Made by a program: the position numbers and the translations under genes
Part shown: positions 38,101-47,475 of the stretch, one piece after another
Numbering within the stretch: the first letter of the stretch is position 1
Layout of the letters: each line of letters starts with the position of its first letter
The notes under the pieces: model-generated
What the model saw: the letters and a program-made list of their open reading frames with translations, nothing else
What the model was told of the DNA's origin: nothing
Databases searched by the model: none
Assembly: GCA_958436175.1 (NCBI GenBank)
Contig: CAUBJF010000011.1
Coordinates: 15,507-79,506 of the forward strand
DNA: 64,000 nucleotides
Reading direction: 5' to 3'
Source: an uncultured Muribaculaceae bacterium
GTDB lineage: Bacteria > Bacteroidota > Bacteroidia > Bacteroidales > Muribaculaceae

Positions 38101-39119
38101 AGATTGTGTGACAGCATGAAGACTCCGTACCGGTAACTCCCTATCCAAAGGTTGTGCCTACTGTCGACATACACTTTATATATAGCATCGCAGGGGAGGG
38201 GAGAATTGTCCGGCGTTACAGGGTAAAGCTGACCGTTTTCTTTCACATACATTCCATGACCGTCGGTGCCGAAATAGAGAGTGTTTTCGTCTGCTGCCAC
38301 AGCCATAAGGTTGGAATACGGAGGATTGGTATTTTCGGTTATCACTTTCCCGGTATTGTCAATGGTGAATTCGCGCGTTTCGCTGCCCACGCCTCTGCCG
38401 ACCGTAACTGTGTGGTTGTGGCTGTCATAATATAGGTTGAGGTTGGGGTCGTAGCCGAAAAGGAAGGAGTTGTGGACAAGCTCATCCTCTGCGTTGTGGG
38501 AGAGGATAGTGATTCCGTCGTTCGAGAGAGCAATAAGTTGATCGCCGTCGAATTGGGTCATGTCGGCATATCGGCGCTTGTCGGGTTTGGGAAGGGACAT
38601 AAACACCGGCCGTTTGCTGTCCTGAGACGTAGAGGATCTGTCAAGTCTCAGTATATCGCCGTCTATAGTAAGGGCAAAGACATCCTCTGTGTGCCTGATG
38701 ACCTTGCTTACACGTACACTCAGTAGATTCTCTTCTTTGCCTTCACCTCGGATGTATGCCGGATAGAAGACATTGTCTTCATACCTGAAAAAATCCAGCC
38801 CCGTATCGTTCCCGACCCAGAGCCCTGCTTCGTCGGGCATGATGCATCTTATCATATTGCTCAGGTAGTTTGGGTTCCTGTCTGGACTGTGACGGAAGGA
38901 TGTGACGTTTCTCCCGTCGAAGCGTGCCAGTCCGTTCCATGTCGCTATCCAGACAAAGCCATAGTCATCTTCCACGATATCGTTGACAGAATTGTCCGGG
39001 AGACCATCGTTGACAGTGATGACTTTGATATGTGCCGTGCCTGGGTCCGGCATCGGGAAGGCCTGCATTGCTGCGAGCAATAAGGTGAGCAAAAGAAGGG
39101 TTATCCGGTTTTTCACCAT
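35148..39119 (-). CDS. Hybrid two-component system (beta-propeller sensor, Y_Y_Y, HisKA, HATPase, REC, AraC)
   Basis: Reg_prop repeats, ANITHELRTP, NLVSNAYKYT, GIGLAFV, TDLMMP and C-terminal AraC HTH. Confidence 0.95.
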   Translation of the reverse strand: MVKNRITLLLLTLLLAAMQAFPMPDPGTAHIKVITVNDGLPDNSVNDIVEDDYGFVWIATWNGLARFDGRNVTSFRHSPDRNPNYLSNMIRCIMPDEAGLWVGNDTGLDFFRYEDNVFYPAYIRGEGKEENLLSVRVSKVIRHTEDVFALTIDGDILRLDRSSTSQDSKRPVFMSLPKPDKRRYADMTQFDGDQLIALSNDGITILSHNAEDELVHNSFLFGYDPNLNLYYDSHNHTVTVGRGVGSETREFTIDNTGKVITENTNPPYSNLMAVAADENTLYFGTDGHGMYVKENGQLYPVTPDNSPLPCDAIYKVYVDSRHNLWIGSYRYGVFMLSHNLNAYSILDKHSGRLCYDIVTAVIPDGEMMYIGLDGGGLEVLNSSTGEYRQYTKLNSGMPADNVVSLVKDGNTLWAALYGTGLVQCNLDSEKFTTFKAPGDSEPSNKLWIIRDDGEGKLWIGGNSLSVFDKQTHEFTSIPGTQQSDVLSMAIDGNNIYVATRWNGLLQIDRRRKAIIERHSDSPSQGGIKIPGRKIPFVFVDSQHSLWVDIDNAMLCKIDPVSKQILKSYKQRADETGMQILSMVEDNNGDIFIGTNHGLLKYIRENDYIMPLNDERMPRMFTFNAASKDKDTAYFGTTSGLLKYPFTQTSENIRLASMVFTGIEVFNNGGKGFPLFSTGDSTLELDNDQNFFQINFTVPEMSNPEQIKFECRLDGLEKEWRDVSDTRSAIYTYVPAGKYRLSVRHTLPDGSWSTPTSMSIKIHPAWYATPLMFAIWVLLGLSLLVAVAWVWYKFIKNREKIHIAEVERDSANRLNEAKLDFYANITHELRTPCFLISAQIEEMYDSGRQTVPVNNLVGIYRNSAKLNKLISHIIDFRKTDTGHLSLNARRIDVQALLGELAADYEQLCRQKSQTFEYSYSEPPVEAEVDPDKLELIVTNLVSNAYKYTQKDGKVTLTLQENNDSIEISVTDNGIGIVDKLQTKIFEPFMRTERGQKISSGDGIGLAFVKELVELHHGSITVDSKINEGSRFTVILPKKLSSSPLPTTEARYLPVPLKEKLFIPENQGEAGTRISDPTATRSVLLIDDNREVLSVLVKAFEENYRVTEIADAREAVELAKKGGFDVVITDLMMPDFDGHDVLKALKEDKRTRDIKVVVFSALTSEEDMLKAFDEGADAYLTKPIPLKVLVKQIERLFEHSNDGSSLPASSGNYNREEQKFLLECRRIINECMNLDNFDIAMLASRLSMSHSALYKKIKSMTGMSIIDFINEYRIYKAVQLFKEGVSNVQTVSEMCGFKDVKTFRETFKRKMQMPPKQYMLKIQEE

Positions 39120-39456
39120 TTTTCCAGAGGGTATCGATTTTTAATGGTAGAGAATAAAAACGTGTCAATGCTCTAAAGCGATGCAAATTTAGTTCTTTTT
39201 CACTCAAAAAGGGGCGTTTTTGGACTTTGTACGGGACTTGATTTTCGTATTATATGGGGTGTTTTCTCGTATATCGACAATCGGCAATCTTATTCGGCTT
39301 CGGTAGGGGTGCTATTTACGAATTGCCCCCTCGTTTTATAATAATACGAGTCCTCCTCTCGAGCGGATACCATCTAATTTTGTGCCGTGGGACGTGAAAG
39401 ACACTTACGGCAGACCATACATTGTATATAATATAAATTCAATAACCAATCAATCC

Positions 39457-42400
39457 ATGAAACCAGAACAATCGAGGTTCATACGGAAGGCGGCAAGGCT
39501 GCTCTTCGTGGTAGGAGGACTGACCTTTGCGGGCTCTGTGTTTGCAGAGCCGGTAGGATTCCCTCACCAGGCTTCGGTACAGGCGAATGAAATCAATGTC
39601 ACCGGCGAAGTAATAGGCACGGATGGCGAACCTGTGATCGGAGCATCAGTAGTTATAAAAGGTACCACCCGGGGTGTGACGACAGACATCGACGGAAAAT
39701 TCTCAATGACCGTGCCGAAAGGGTCAACCCTCGTCATTTCCTACGTAGGATGCACAACCCAGGAGGTCAAAGCCACAGCGACTCCCCTTAAAATCACTCT
39801 CGAGGACAATACTACAAACCTTGACGAAGTCGTAGTCGTCGGCTTTGCCACGCAGAAAAAAGTCAACCTGACGGGTGCTGTAGGCACGGCATCGGGCAAA
39901 GATATCGCCGAGCGTCCTGTATCGGATGCTGTCACAGCTCTTCAGGGTGTGATTCCAGGTCTCAATATCTCTAACTCGAGCTCCGGCGGCGAGCTGAACT
40001 CCAACAAGTCCATCAATATCCGTGGTACAGCCACTATCGGTGAGGGTTCGAGCGGCAGCCCGCTTGTCCTCATCGATGGTATGGAAGGCGACCTCAACAC
40101 CATCAATCCCCAGGATATCGAGAACATATCCGTCCTCAAGGATGCCGCAGCATCATCTATCTATGGTTCGCGCGCGCCATTCGGTGTCATCCTTGTTACT
40201 ACCAAGACAGGAGCAAAGGGTAAGACCATAATACGATACAACAACAGCTTCCGTTTCAACCAGCCTCTTAAAATTGCGAACCAGATGGATTCGTGGCACC
40301 TCGTCAACTATCTGAACGATGTGCAGCGTTACACCAACCCTGGCTCGTTTACCTTCGACGACGAATATGTCGAGAAAGTTCGCCAGTTCTACACCGGCGA
40401 GAGCGATGTCGTGGCCGACGGCTACCACTGGGAAGACGGACATTCCATCTGGGGCGACAGCGAGCTTATGGGCGTGTATGCAAATACAAACTGGATGGAT
40501 GAGTATTATAAGAAGACTGCTTTCTCCCAGGAACACAACCTTGCGCTGACCGGCGGCAACGAGAAGATAGACTATTACGTCTCGGGCAACTGGATGGACA
40601 TGGGTGGTTTCATGCGCTACGGTGAGGACGACTTCCAGCGTTTCTCTCTCATGGGCAAAGTCAATGCACAGCTCTACAGCTGGCTGAAAATCGGCTATAC
40701 CTCCCGCTGGAACCGAACTGACTACGACCGTGCAACGACCATGAGCGGCGGTTTTTACGACAACCTCATGCGCCGTGCGATATCTATTGCACCCAAATAT
40801 GATCCCAACGGTTTCCTCGCATCCGACTTCAACTATATCGACGCACTGGAGAACGGCGGCCGTCATAAAGAGCAGAACGACGTGTTTACCAACCAGTTCC
40901 AGGTGACAATCACTCCGGTTAAGAACTGGAATATCATCGGCGAGTTCAACGCACGTGTGAACAACAACTGGACACACGAAGATGCATTTCCCGTGTACGC
41001 TCACGATGCAGTCGACCCCGAGCGGACACATATCCCGACTTACTACTCGCGTACGACATCATATGTCAGCGAATATTCCTATCGCTCGACCTACCTCAAC
41101 GCCAACATTTTCACCAACTACTTCCTCTCCCTCAACGACCAGCACAACTTTACGTTCCTGCTCGGTTCACAGTTCGAGAGCTTCAAGGACAGATATGTCA
41201 GCGGTAGTCGTAACGATGTCACCACACAGCTCCTTCCCGTGCTCGGACTGACTAACAGCAAGACAGACTACTCTCTCGATGGCAAGTATCAGCTATGGCG
41301 TACAGCCGGCTTCTTCGGACGTATCAATTATGACTATATGAACCGCTATCTGCTCGAAGTCAACCTGCGTTACGACGGTTCATCGCGCTTCCGCAGCGAC
41401 AGCCGCTGGGTATGGTCGCCTTCTGTATCTGCCGGCTGGAACATCGCTCAGGAAGATTTCTTCGAACCCTACAGACCCTATGTCAGCGCTCTTAAGATAC
41501 GCGGATCCTACGGTCAGCTTGCTAACCAGAACACCAACAACTGGTACCCGACTTACCGCGTCATGGGTCTCGGCTCCTCGTCAAGCTACTGGCTTATAAA
41601 CGGCGAACAGTCCAATGTGGCATGGTTCCCTGGACTTATTTCCACAACCCTGACATGGGAGAAGATCCGAAACACCAACATCGGTATCGACGTGACGGCA
41701 CTCCGTAACAGACTGACTGCATCGTTCGACTACTTCTGGCGCGACAATAAAGATATGGTGGGCCCCGGTGTGTCGCTTCCCGCAACGCTCGGTACCAACC
41801 CTCCTGCACAGAACCTCCTGTCGATGCGTACCAGCGGCTGGGAACTTACCTTGGGATGGCGCCAGGCTATCGGCGACTTCGACTACGACGTGCGCGTAAA
41901 CCTCTCCGACGACCGTACCAAGATTACCGATTATCCCAACCGTGAAGGCAACCTCGGCAAATACATCGCCGGTCGATACATCGGCGAAATCTGGGGCCTC
42001 GAGACGAAAGGTATCGCCCGTACTCAGGAAGAAATGGATGCACATCTCGCAAATGTTGACCAGAGCGAGATAAATGGTGGCCTGTGGCAGGCCGGCGACA
42101 TAATGTATGTCGATACCGACGGCGACGGTAAAATCCACAAGCAGAGCACTATATACGAGAAAGGTGACCTGAGGGTCATCGGTAACTCGTCGCCGCGATA
42201 CAGAATCGGTATCAACCTCTATGCCAAGTGGAAAGGCCTTGATTTCTCGGCATTCTTCCAGGGTGTCTGCAAACGCGATTACTATTTCAGCGCATACGGC
42301 GGCCAGGGTGCCGGCGAGAAAGGCGCAGCCTTCTGGGGCGCTACCGTGGGTGGCCGCTGGGAATCTCTGTTCTTCGACGAACATCTTGACTACTGGCGTG

Positions 42401-42735
42401 ACGACCAGAGTCTTCTCGGTGAGAACTACGATGCTTACTATGCCCGTCCTATCTACTACACCAACAAGAACCGCGAGACACAGACACGCTATCTGCAGAA
42501 CGGCTCGTACCTCCGTCTGAAAAACCTACAGGTCGGTTATACCTTCCCCGAAGAGCTAACGCACAAGTTTTTCGTGCAGAACCTGCGCCTCTTCTTCTCG
42601 GCTGAAAACCTTCATACCTGGACCAAGATGAGCAAGGTCATAGATCCCGAGAGCCTCGAGGTCTCGAAGATGAAATCGGGCGGTACATATCCTCTGTCTC
42701 GCACCTACTCATTTGGCATCTCAGTTACTTTGTAA
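39457..42735 (+). CDS. SusC/RagA TonB-dependent transporter
   Basis: GEPVIGASV, LDEVVVVG, LKDAAASSIYGSRA, RYDGSSRF and YLRLKNLQVGYT. Start MKPEQ at 39457, downstream of a -7 box at 39375-39382. Confidence 0.96.
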   Translation: MKPEQSRFIRKAARLLFVVGGLTFAGSVFAEPVGFPHQASVQANEINVTGEVIGTDGEPVIGASVVIKGTTRGVTTDIDGKFSMTVPKGSTLVISYVGCTTQEVKATATPLKITLEDNTTNLDEVVVVGFATQKKVNLTGAVGTASGKDIAERPVSDAVTALQGVIPGLNISNSSSGGELNSNKSINIRGTATIGEGSSGSPLVLIDGMEGDLNTINPQDIENISVLKDAAASSIYGSRAPFGVILVTTKTGAKGKTIIRYNNSFRFNQPLKIANQMDSWHLVNYLNDVQRYTNPGSFTFDDEYVEKVRQFYTGESDVVADGYHWEDGHSIWGDSELMGVYANTNWMDEYYKKTAFSQEHNLALTGGNEKIDYYVSGNWMDMGGFMRYGEDDFQRFSLMGKVNAQLYSWLKIGYTSRWNRTDYDRATTMSGGFYDNLMRRAISIAPKYDPNGFLASDFNYIDALENGGRHKEQNDVFTNQFQVTITPVKNWNIIGEFNARVNNNWTHEDAFPVYAHDAVDPERTHIPTYYSRTTSYVSEYSYRSTYLNANIFTNYFLSLNDQHNFTFLLGSQFESFKDRYVSGSRNDVTTQLLPVLGLTNSKTDYSLDGKYQLWRTAGFFGRINYDYMNRYLLEVNLRYDGSSRFRSDSRWVWSPSVSAGWNIAQEDFFEPYRPYVSALKIRGSYGQLANQNTNNWYPTYRVMGLGSSSSYWLINGEQSNVAWFPGLISTTLTWEKIRNTNIGIDVTALRNRLTASFDYFWRDNKDMVGPGVSLPATLGTNPPAQNLLSMRTSGWELTLGWRQAIGDFDYDVRVNLSDDRTKITDYPNREGNLGKYIAGRYIGEIWGLETKGIARTQEEMDAHLANVDQSEINGGLWQAGDIMYVDTDGDGKIHKQSTIYEKGDLRVIGNSSPRYRIGINLYAKWKGLDFSAFFQGVCKRDYYFSAYGGQGAGEKGAAFWGATVGGRWESLFFDEHLDYWRDDQSLLGENYDAYYARPIYYTNKNRETQTRYLQNGSYLRLKNLQVGYTFPEELTHKFFVQNLRLFFSAENLHTWTKMSKVIDPESLEVSKMKSGGTYPLSRTYSFGISVTL

Positions 42736-42756
42736 TCGCATAAATCAATCATAGAA

Positions 42757-44814
42757 ATGAATTATCTCAAACATATAGCGCTATTGTCCGCCGCAGTGAT
42801 GGCCCTGTCATCCTGCAACGACTATCTCGATGTGACGCCCCCGTCCAGCGTCTCCCCCGAGATGTATTTCACAACCGCTGACCAGCTCGGATACTATACG
42901 CTGAACTACTACTGTAACTACTCGAACTGGGACGCAAACGGTGTCGGCGGCCAGTTTCCTTCACATGCCGACTACACCTCCTTTATCCATGACGACGGAC
43001 CTACAGACAACGAGGCTGCAATCAGCAGTATCTATTACGAGGGTCAGGACTACAAGGTAGGGCAGAGCGGCGGACATTGGAACTTTGACCGCATAAACGA
43101 TCTCAACTGGTTCATCCGCACGGTTCGTCCCAAAATCGAGGCTGGCGAGGTTCAGGGCAGCGAAACTTCGGCTAAGCACTACTTTGGCGAGGCTTACTTC
43201 CTCCGCGCCCAGGAATATTTCTTCAGGATGAAGAAACTCGGTGATTTCCCCATCATCACCGCACCGCTTCCCGACAACCGCGAAGTGCTGATACAGGCAT
43301 CTCGCCGCTATCCCCGCAATAAGGTAGCACGTTTCATAATTGCTGACCTCGACTCTGCCGCCAGTCTCCTGAGCGATGGTACAGGCATCGGTGGACGCGC
43401 ACGTATCACACGCGATGTAGCCCTGCTCCTAAAAGCGAGAGTGGCGCTCTACGAGGCTACTTGGGAAAAATATTTTGCCGGGACACCTTTCGTACCTGAT
43501 AAATCGGCAGGCTGGAACGGGGCCAAGAAGGACTATAACGCCGATTTCAGTTACGACAACGCATCGGAAGTCGCATATTTCCTCGATCAGGCTCTTGCAG
43601 CATCCAAGGAAGTGGCCGACAACCATACCAAGCTGACAGTGAATAATAAACAGGAAATCGGCTCTAATAATGCCGTTGGCTCGAATCCCTACTATGACAT
43701 GTTTGCATCCGTCGATGTCTCGGACTACGACGAAGTGCTCATGTACCGCGCCGCAGACCGCGTAAAGGCCGGAGCTCACTCGCTGAACCAGTACATGCGC
43801 GCCGGACAGCCTCGTGGCTATACTCAGGAGTTCGCCAACGCATTCCTGATGGATAACGGTCTGCCTATCTATGCTCCCAATTCCGGCTATGCCGGCGATG
43901 ACTTCGTCGTCGACACAAAAAAGAACCGCGACTGGCGATGGAAGCTCTTTATGAAGGCTCCGGGAGAATATCCCTATGCCGATGCCTCCGACCGAATGGG
44001 ATTAGGCAAAAATTTCGATGTACCCGACGTTCGCGGCGGTTCTTTCAAATATGCAACCTCGACAGGCTACAAGAAAGGCAAGTGTATGACTAAGGATACC
44101 AAGTACACCTCGACAGGCACTGACGAGACCGCATCGGTAGTATTCCGCGCCGCTGAAGCCTATCTTATCTATATGGAAGCTGCATGGGAGAAATACGGCG
44201 ACGGGCTGAACGCAGATGCCTGGAAATACTGGGAGGCTCTCCGTACCCGCGCAGGTGTCGATGCCGACATACAAAAGACAATTGCAGCTACCGACCTTGA
44301 CAAAGAAGAGTACTACACTCACGACCTCGGTCTCTATTCTGCAGGCAAGAGAATCGACTCCAAGGTGCTCTATAACATACGCCGTGAGCGTCGCTGCGAG
44401 CTGATAAGCGAGGGTTTCCGTCTCGACGACCTCTATCGCTGGCGTTCGCTCGACCAGCTCAAAGGCGGCAAGTTCTTCCTCCACGGAGCCAAGATTTTCG
44501 GCCCTATGCTGAAATCGTATCCCAAGAACCGACTGAAATACGACCAGCCCAAACAGTCCGACAACAACGTATCGTCACCCTCCGATGTCGAAGGCGGTCT
44601 AAACGGGAGTGCCCAGTATCTGTCGATGTGGCGTATCACCAATGAGAACCAGTACTATAACTCTGGTATGACATGGCACATGGCTCACTATCTCTCGCCT
44701 ATTGCCGTCGACCATTTCCTGATTTCATCGGCCGACGGTGTCGACATCGACTCGTCGCCCATCTACCAGAATCCTTACTGGCAGACTATGAACGGCACTG
44801 CAGCTCAAGAATAA
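42757..44814 (+). CDS. SusD/RagB lipoprotein
   Basis: Lipobox LSSC, GEAYFLRA, IRRERRCELISEGFRLDDLYRW and YQNPYW. Confidence 0.95.
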   Translation: MNYLKHIALLSAAVMALSSCNDYLDVTPPSSVSPEMYFTTADQLGYYTLNYYCNYSNWDANGVGGQFPSHADYTSFIHDDGPTDNEAAISSIYYEGQDYKVGQSGGHWNFDRINDLNWFIRTVRPKIEAGEVQGSETSAKHYFGEAYFLRAQEYFFRMKKLGDFPIITAPLPDNREVLIQASRRYPRNKVARFIIADLDSAASLLSDGTGIGGRARITRDVALLLKARVALYEATWEKYFAGTPFVPDKSAGWNGAKKDYNADFSYDNASEVAYFLDQALAASKEVADNHTKLTVNNKQEIGSNNAVGSNPYYDMFASVDVSDYDEVLMYRAADRVKAGAHSLNQYMRAGQPRGYTQEFANAFLMDNGLPIYAPNSGYAGDDFVVDTKKNRDWRWKLFMKAPGEYPYADASDRMGLGKNFDVPDVRGGSFKYATSTGYKKGKCMTKDTKYTSTGTDETASVVFRAAEAYLIYMEAAWEKYGDGLNADAWKYWEALRTRAGVDADIQKTIAATDLDKEEYYTHDLGLYSAGKRIDSKVLYNIRRERRCELISEGFRLDDLYRWRSLDQLKGGKFFLHGAKIFGPMLKSYPKNRLKYDQPKQSDNNVSSPSDVEGGLNGSAQYLSMWRITNENQYYNSGMTWHMAHYLSPIAVDHFLISSADGVDIDSSPIYQNPYWQTMNGTAAQE

Positions 44815-44886
44815 TAATCTACAAACCGGTGGCACTTCCCGGTGCCACCGGCTAATTATCAATCAATATATTAACCATCTTTAATC

Positions 44887-45735
44887 ATGAAAAGACTGAT
44901 ACTCAGCGCAGCAGTAGCTGCAAGCGCACTTACATTGTGCGCACAGACAAACTTTGTTGCCAATGGCGACTTCGAGAAGACCGAAGGCGTAGAGCAGAAT
45001 ACTCCCTGGGACTGGGATGACACCAAACACAACCTCAAGGCACTTCCAGACTGGACCATCAAGGGTCTTGATGACTGGTGCGTTCTCGCAATGCTCGTAG
45101 AACCCGAAGTAGACGACGAATATGTATTCGAAGGTGCCGGTAACCATCAGTGTCTCCACATCTATCGTTTCGACGACAATGGCTGGCAGGCCGGTGGTGT
45201 TGAGCAGATCGTCAGCGGTCTGACTCCCGGCGAGACCTACTCTCTGGGTGCCATCATCGCCATCTCAAAAGGCACCACAGTGGACTGGGATGATCCTTAC
45301 TTCCGTATTGAGCTCATGCCACTCAATGCCAACAAAGAAGAATACGGCGCTTCCAACATCATCGATGACAAGGACGATGCCCTTGCAGAGGCTGACTACT
45401 GGTGCCCCTACGAAAAACAGTTCAAGGCTCCCGAAAGCGGCAATGTACGTCTGCGCATCACTCACAACAACACCAAGTGGGACGGCAACCACTCCGAAGG
45501 TTTCTGGATGGATATCGACGATATCGCCATCATGACCCCCGAAGATTATGCCACATATATGGAAAACAAGCCAAACGCTTCGATTGCTAATGTAGCAGTC
45601 GATACAGAAGCCAGAGTTCTCGGTGTCTACGACATCAATGGTATACGTGTTGCCGACTCTGAAGAAAACCTTGGCGACGCTCACGGTCTCTTCATTGTCA
45701 ATACGACAAACGGAGCCAAGAAAGTAATCCGCTGA
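44887..45735 (+). CDS. Secreted carbohydrate-binding protein (CBM4/9-like fold) with T9SS-like tail
   Basis: Signal peptide, NFVANGDFE start, Trp/Asp-rich beta-sandwich ending IDDIAI. Tail VYDINGIRV...GLFIVNT...KKVIR. Confidence 0.65.
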   Translation: MKRLILSAAVAASALTLCAQTNFVANGDFEKTEGVEQNTPWDWDDTKHNLKALPDWTIKGLDDWCVLAMLVEPEVDDEYVFEGAGNHQCLHIYRFDDNGWQAGGVEQIVSGLTPGETYSLGAIIAISKGTTVDWDDPYFRIELMPLNANKEEYGASNIIDDKDDALAEADYWCPYEKQFKAPESGNVRLRITHNNTKWDGNHSEGFWMDIDDIAIMTPEDYATYMENKPNASIANVAVDTEARVLGVYDINGIRVADSEENLGDAHGLFIVNTTNGAKKVIR

Positions 45736-45808
45736 TAGATCATCAAGTCCCGGGACTGCGCCAGATGCTTTACGACGCTCTTCCGGGACTTTTACACACA
45801 TTCCGCAC

Positions 45809-47473
45809 ATGAAAAAATATATCTTTGCTCTTATATTCTCAGCCATGTTCTCTGGGGCGTTTGCCCAGGATCTTCCGGAGAACTATCCCGGCTACAGACT
45901 TGAATTCTCCGAGGAATTTGACCAGGGAACTGTTCCCGATGCCGAACGCTGGCAGTTCGAGACCGGAATGCGCCGAAACCATGAGGACCAGGTCTATACT
46001 ACTAATAATGCTACCATCGCAGACGGATGCCTTGTCATCGAGGCTCGCAAAGAAAAAACCTTGAATCCCGACTACGAGCGTTACTCGAGCGACTGGAACA
46101 AGAAAAACAAATACGGAGAATACTCCTCAGCATCCATCATCCTGAAAAACCCCTACCGCTATCACTACGGGGTGTACGAGGTGCGTGCCAAAATACCTGT
46201 AGGCTCCGGCTACTGGCCTGCCATATGGGGATGCGGCGACACCTACGAATGGCCCTACAACGGAGAGCTCGATATTATGGAATACTATGGAGACGCCATC
46301 CATGCAAACCTCGCATGGGGCTCGAACAACCGCTGGCAGGCTTCATGGTCGAGTAAAGCACCGAAAATGAATGAATTTGAAGGGGATTTCGCTGATAAAT
46401 TCCATGTCTGGCGTACAGAATGGGACCACAACAGCCTCAGGATATACCTGGATGACCGGCTCATCAACGAAACCGACCTCGACCGCACCGTCAACCCCAA
46501 TCCCGGGCAGCCCTGGTATAACGTCGACGGCTACAATCCGTACCGTGACCCGAACAACAAGTTCGGCGTATGGCTCAACCTCGCCCTTGGCGGCGATAAC
46601 GGCGGTTCCCTCGCCAACACCGTCTTCCCGGCACAATATCTTGTGGACTATGTTCGTGTCTATGTCCCCGAGACAGCAGATGCTCCTTTGCAGTACCGTA
46701 TCGCCAAGGCTCAGAAGCTGCTTGATGACAACAGCACCAGCGGCAAGTTCCCCGAGTCCGCCAACGAAGCTCTGGCTGCGGCGATAGCGGAAGCCAGATC
46801 CCTTCTCGGTGCCACTGACAACGATGTAATCGACCCGGCTCTCGACGCTCTGCAGAACGCTATGGATAATTATCTCAAATCGATGCCCAATCCCTGCGCC
46901 GACGGCGGCACTTTCCGCTTCCGTCATATCCTGTCGGGATGCACTCTCTCCTCGGGGTGGTTTGAGAACGAAGAGTGCGTCATCATCACCGACAACGGTG
47001 CCTCCGACTATCATCAGGATTTCACTTTCGTCGAGGCTCCCGGTGTAGCTAAGACAAAAGGTATGAACATGCGTACGGACGACGGCAAATACGTCTACCG
47101 CGACAGCTGGAATCTTCGTGTCACCGACAGGAGCGACCGTCTTGCCGAGAACAATTTTCTCTTCAAAGTCGAGACAGCCGAAGGCTATCTTATCATCAAG
47201 AACCTTGGGTCCAATAAATATTTCGGAACCGACACTAATGTTGCATGGAGCCATGTCTACTCCGACAAACCTGGCTTAGGTGTTCGCAGCAATTACTTCG
47301 AACTCATCAGTACGACGGGCATTTCGGATGTCGCTGTCGATGAGCCAGCCCCTGAGGTATCGTCAGTATATAATCTTCAGGGCATCCGCGTGGGCGGCAG
47401 CCTCGAGGATGTTCAGGCCGGAGGCATGTATATCGTCGTACGTGGCAATCATGCCGAGAAAATCGTCAAGTGA
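45809..47473 (+). CDS. GH16 endo-glycanase + FIVAR-like helix bundle + beta-trefoil-like domain + T9SS-like tail
   Basis: WPAIW and catalytic GELDIMEY (ExDxxE), NLALGG, VDYVRVY. Tail VYNLQGIRV...GMYIVV...EKIVK. Confidence 0.9.
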   Translation: MKKYIFALIFSAMFSGAFAQDLPENYPGYRLEFSEEFDQGTVPDAERWQFETGMRRNHEDQVYTTNNATIADGCLVIEARKEKTLNPDYERYSSDWNKKNKYGEYSSASIILKNPYRYHYGVYEVRAKIPVGSGYWPAIWGCGDTYEWPYNGELDIMEYYGDAIHANLAWGSNNRWQASWSSKAPKMNEFEGDFADKFHVWRTEWDHNSLRIYLDDRLINETDLDRTVNPNPGQPWYNVDGYNPYRDPNNKFGVWLNLALGGDNGGSLANTVFPAQYLVDYVRVYVPETADAPLQYRIAKAQKLLDDNSTSGKFPESANEALAAAIAEARSLLGATDNDVIDPALDALQNAMDNYLKSMPNPCADGGTFRFRHILSGCTLSSGWFENEECVIITDNGASDYHQDFTFVEAPGVAKTKGMNMRTDDGKYVYRDSWNLRVTDRSDRLAENNFLFKVETAEGYLIIKNLGSNKYFGTDTNVAWSHVYSDKPGLGVRSNYFELISTTGISDVAVDEPAPEVSSVYNLQGIRVGGSLEDVQAGGMYIVVRGNHAEKIVK

Positions 47474-47475
47474 TC

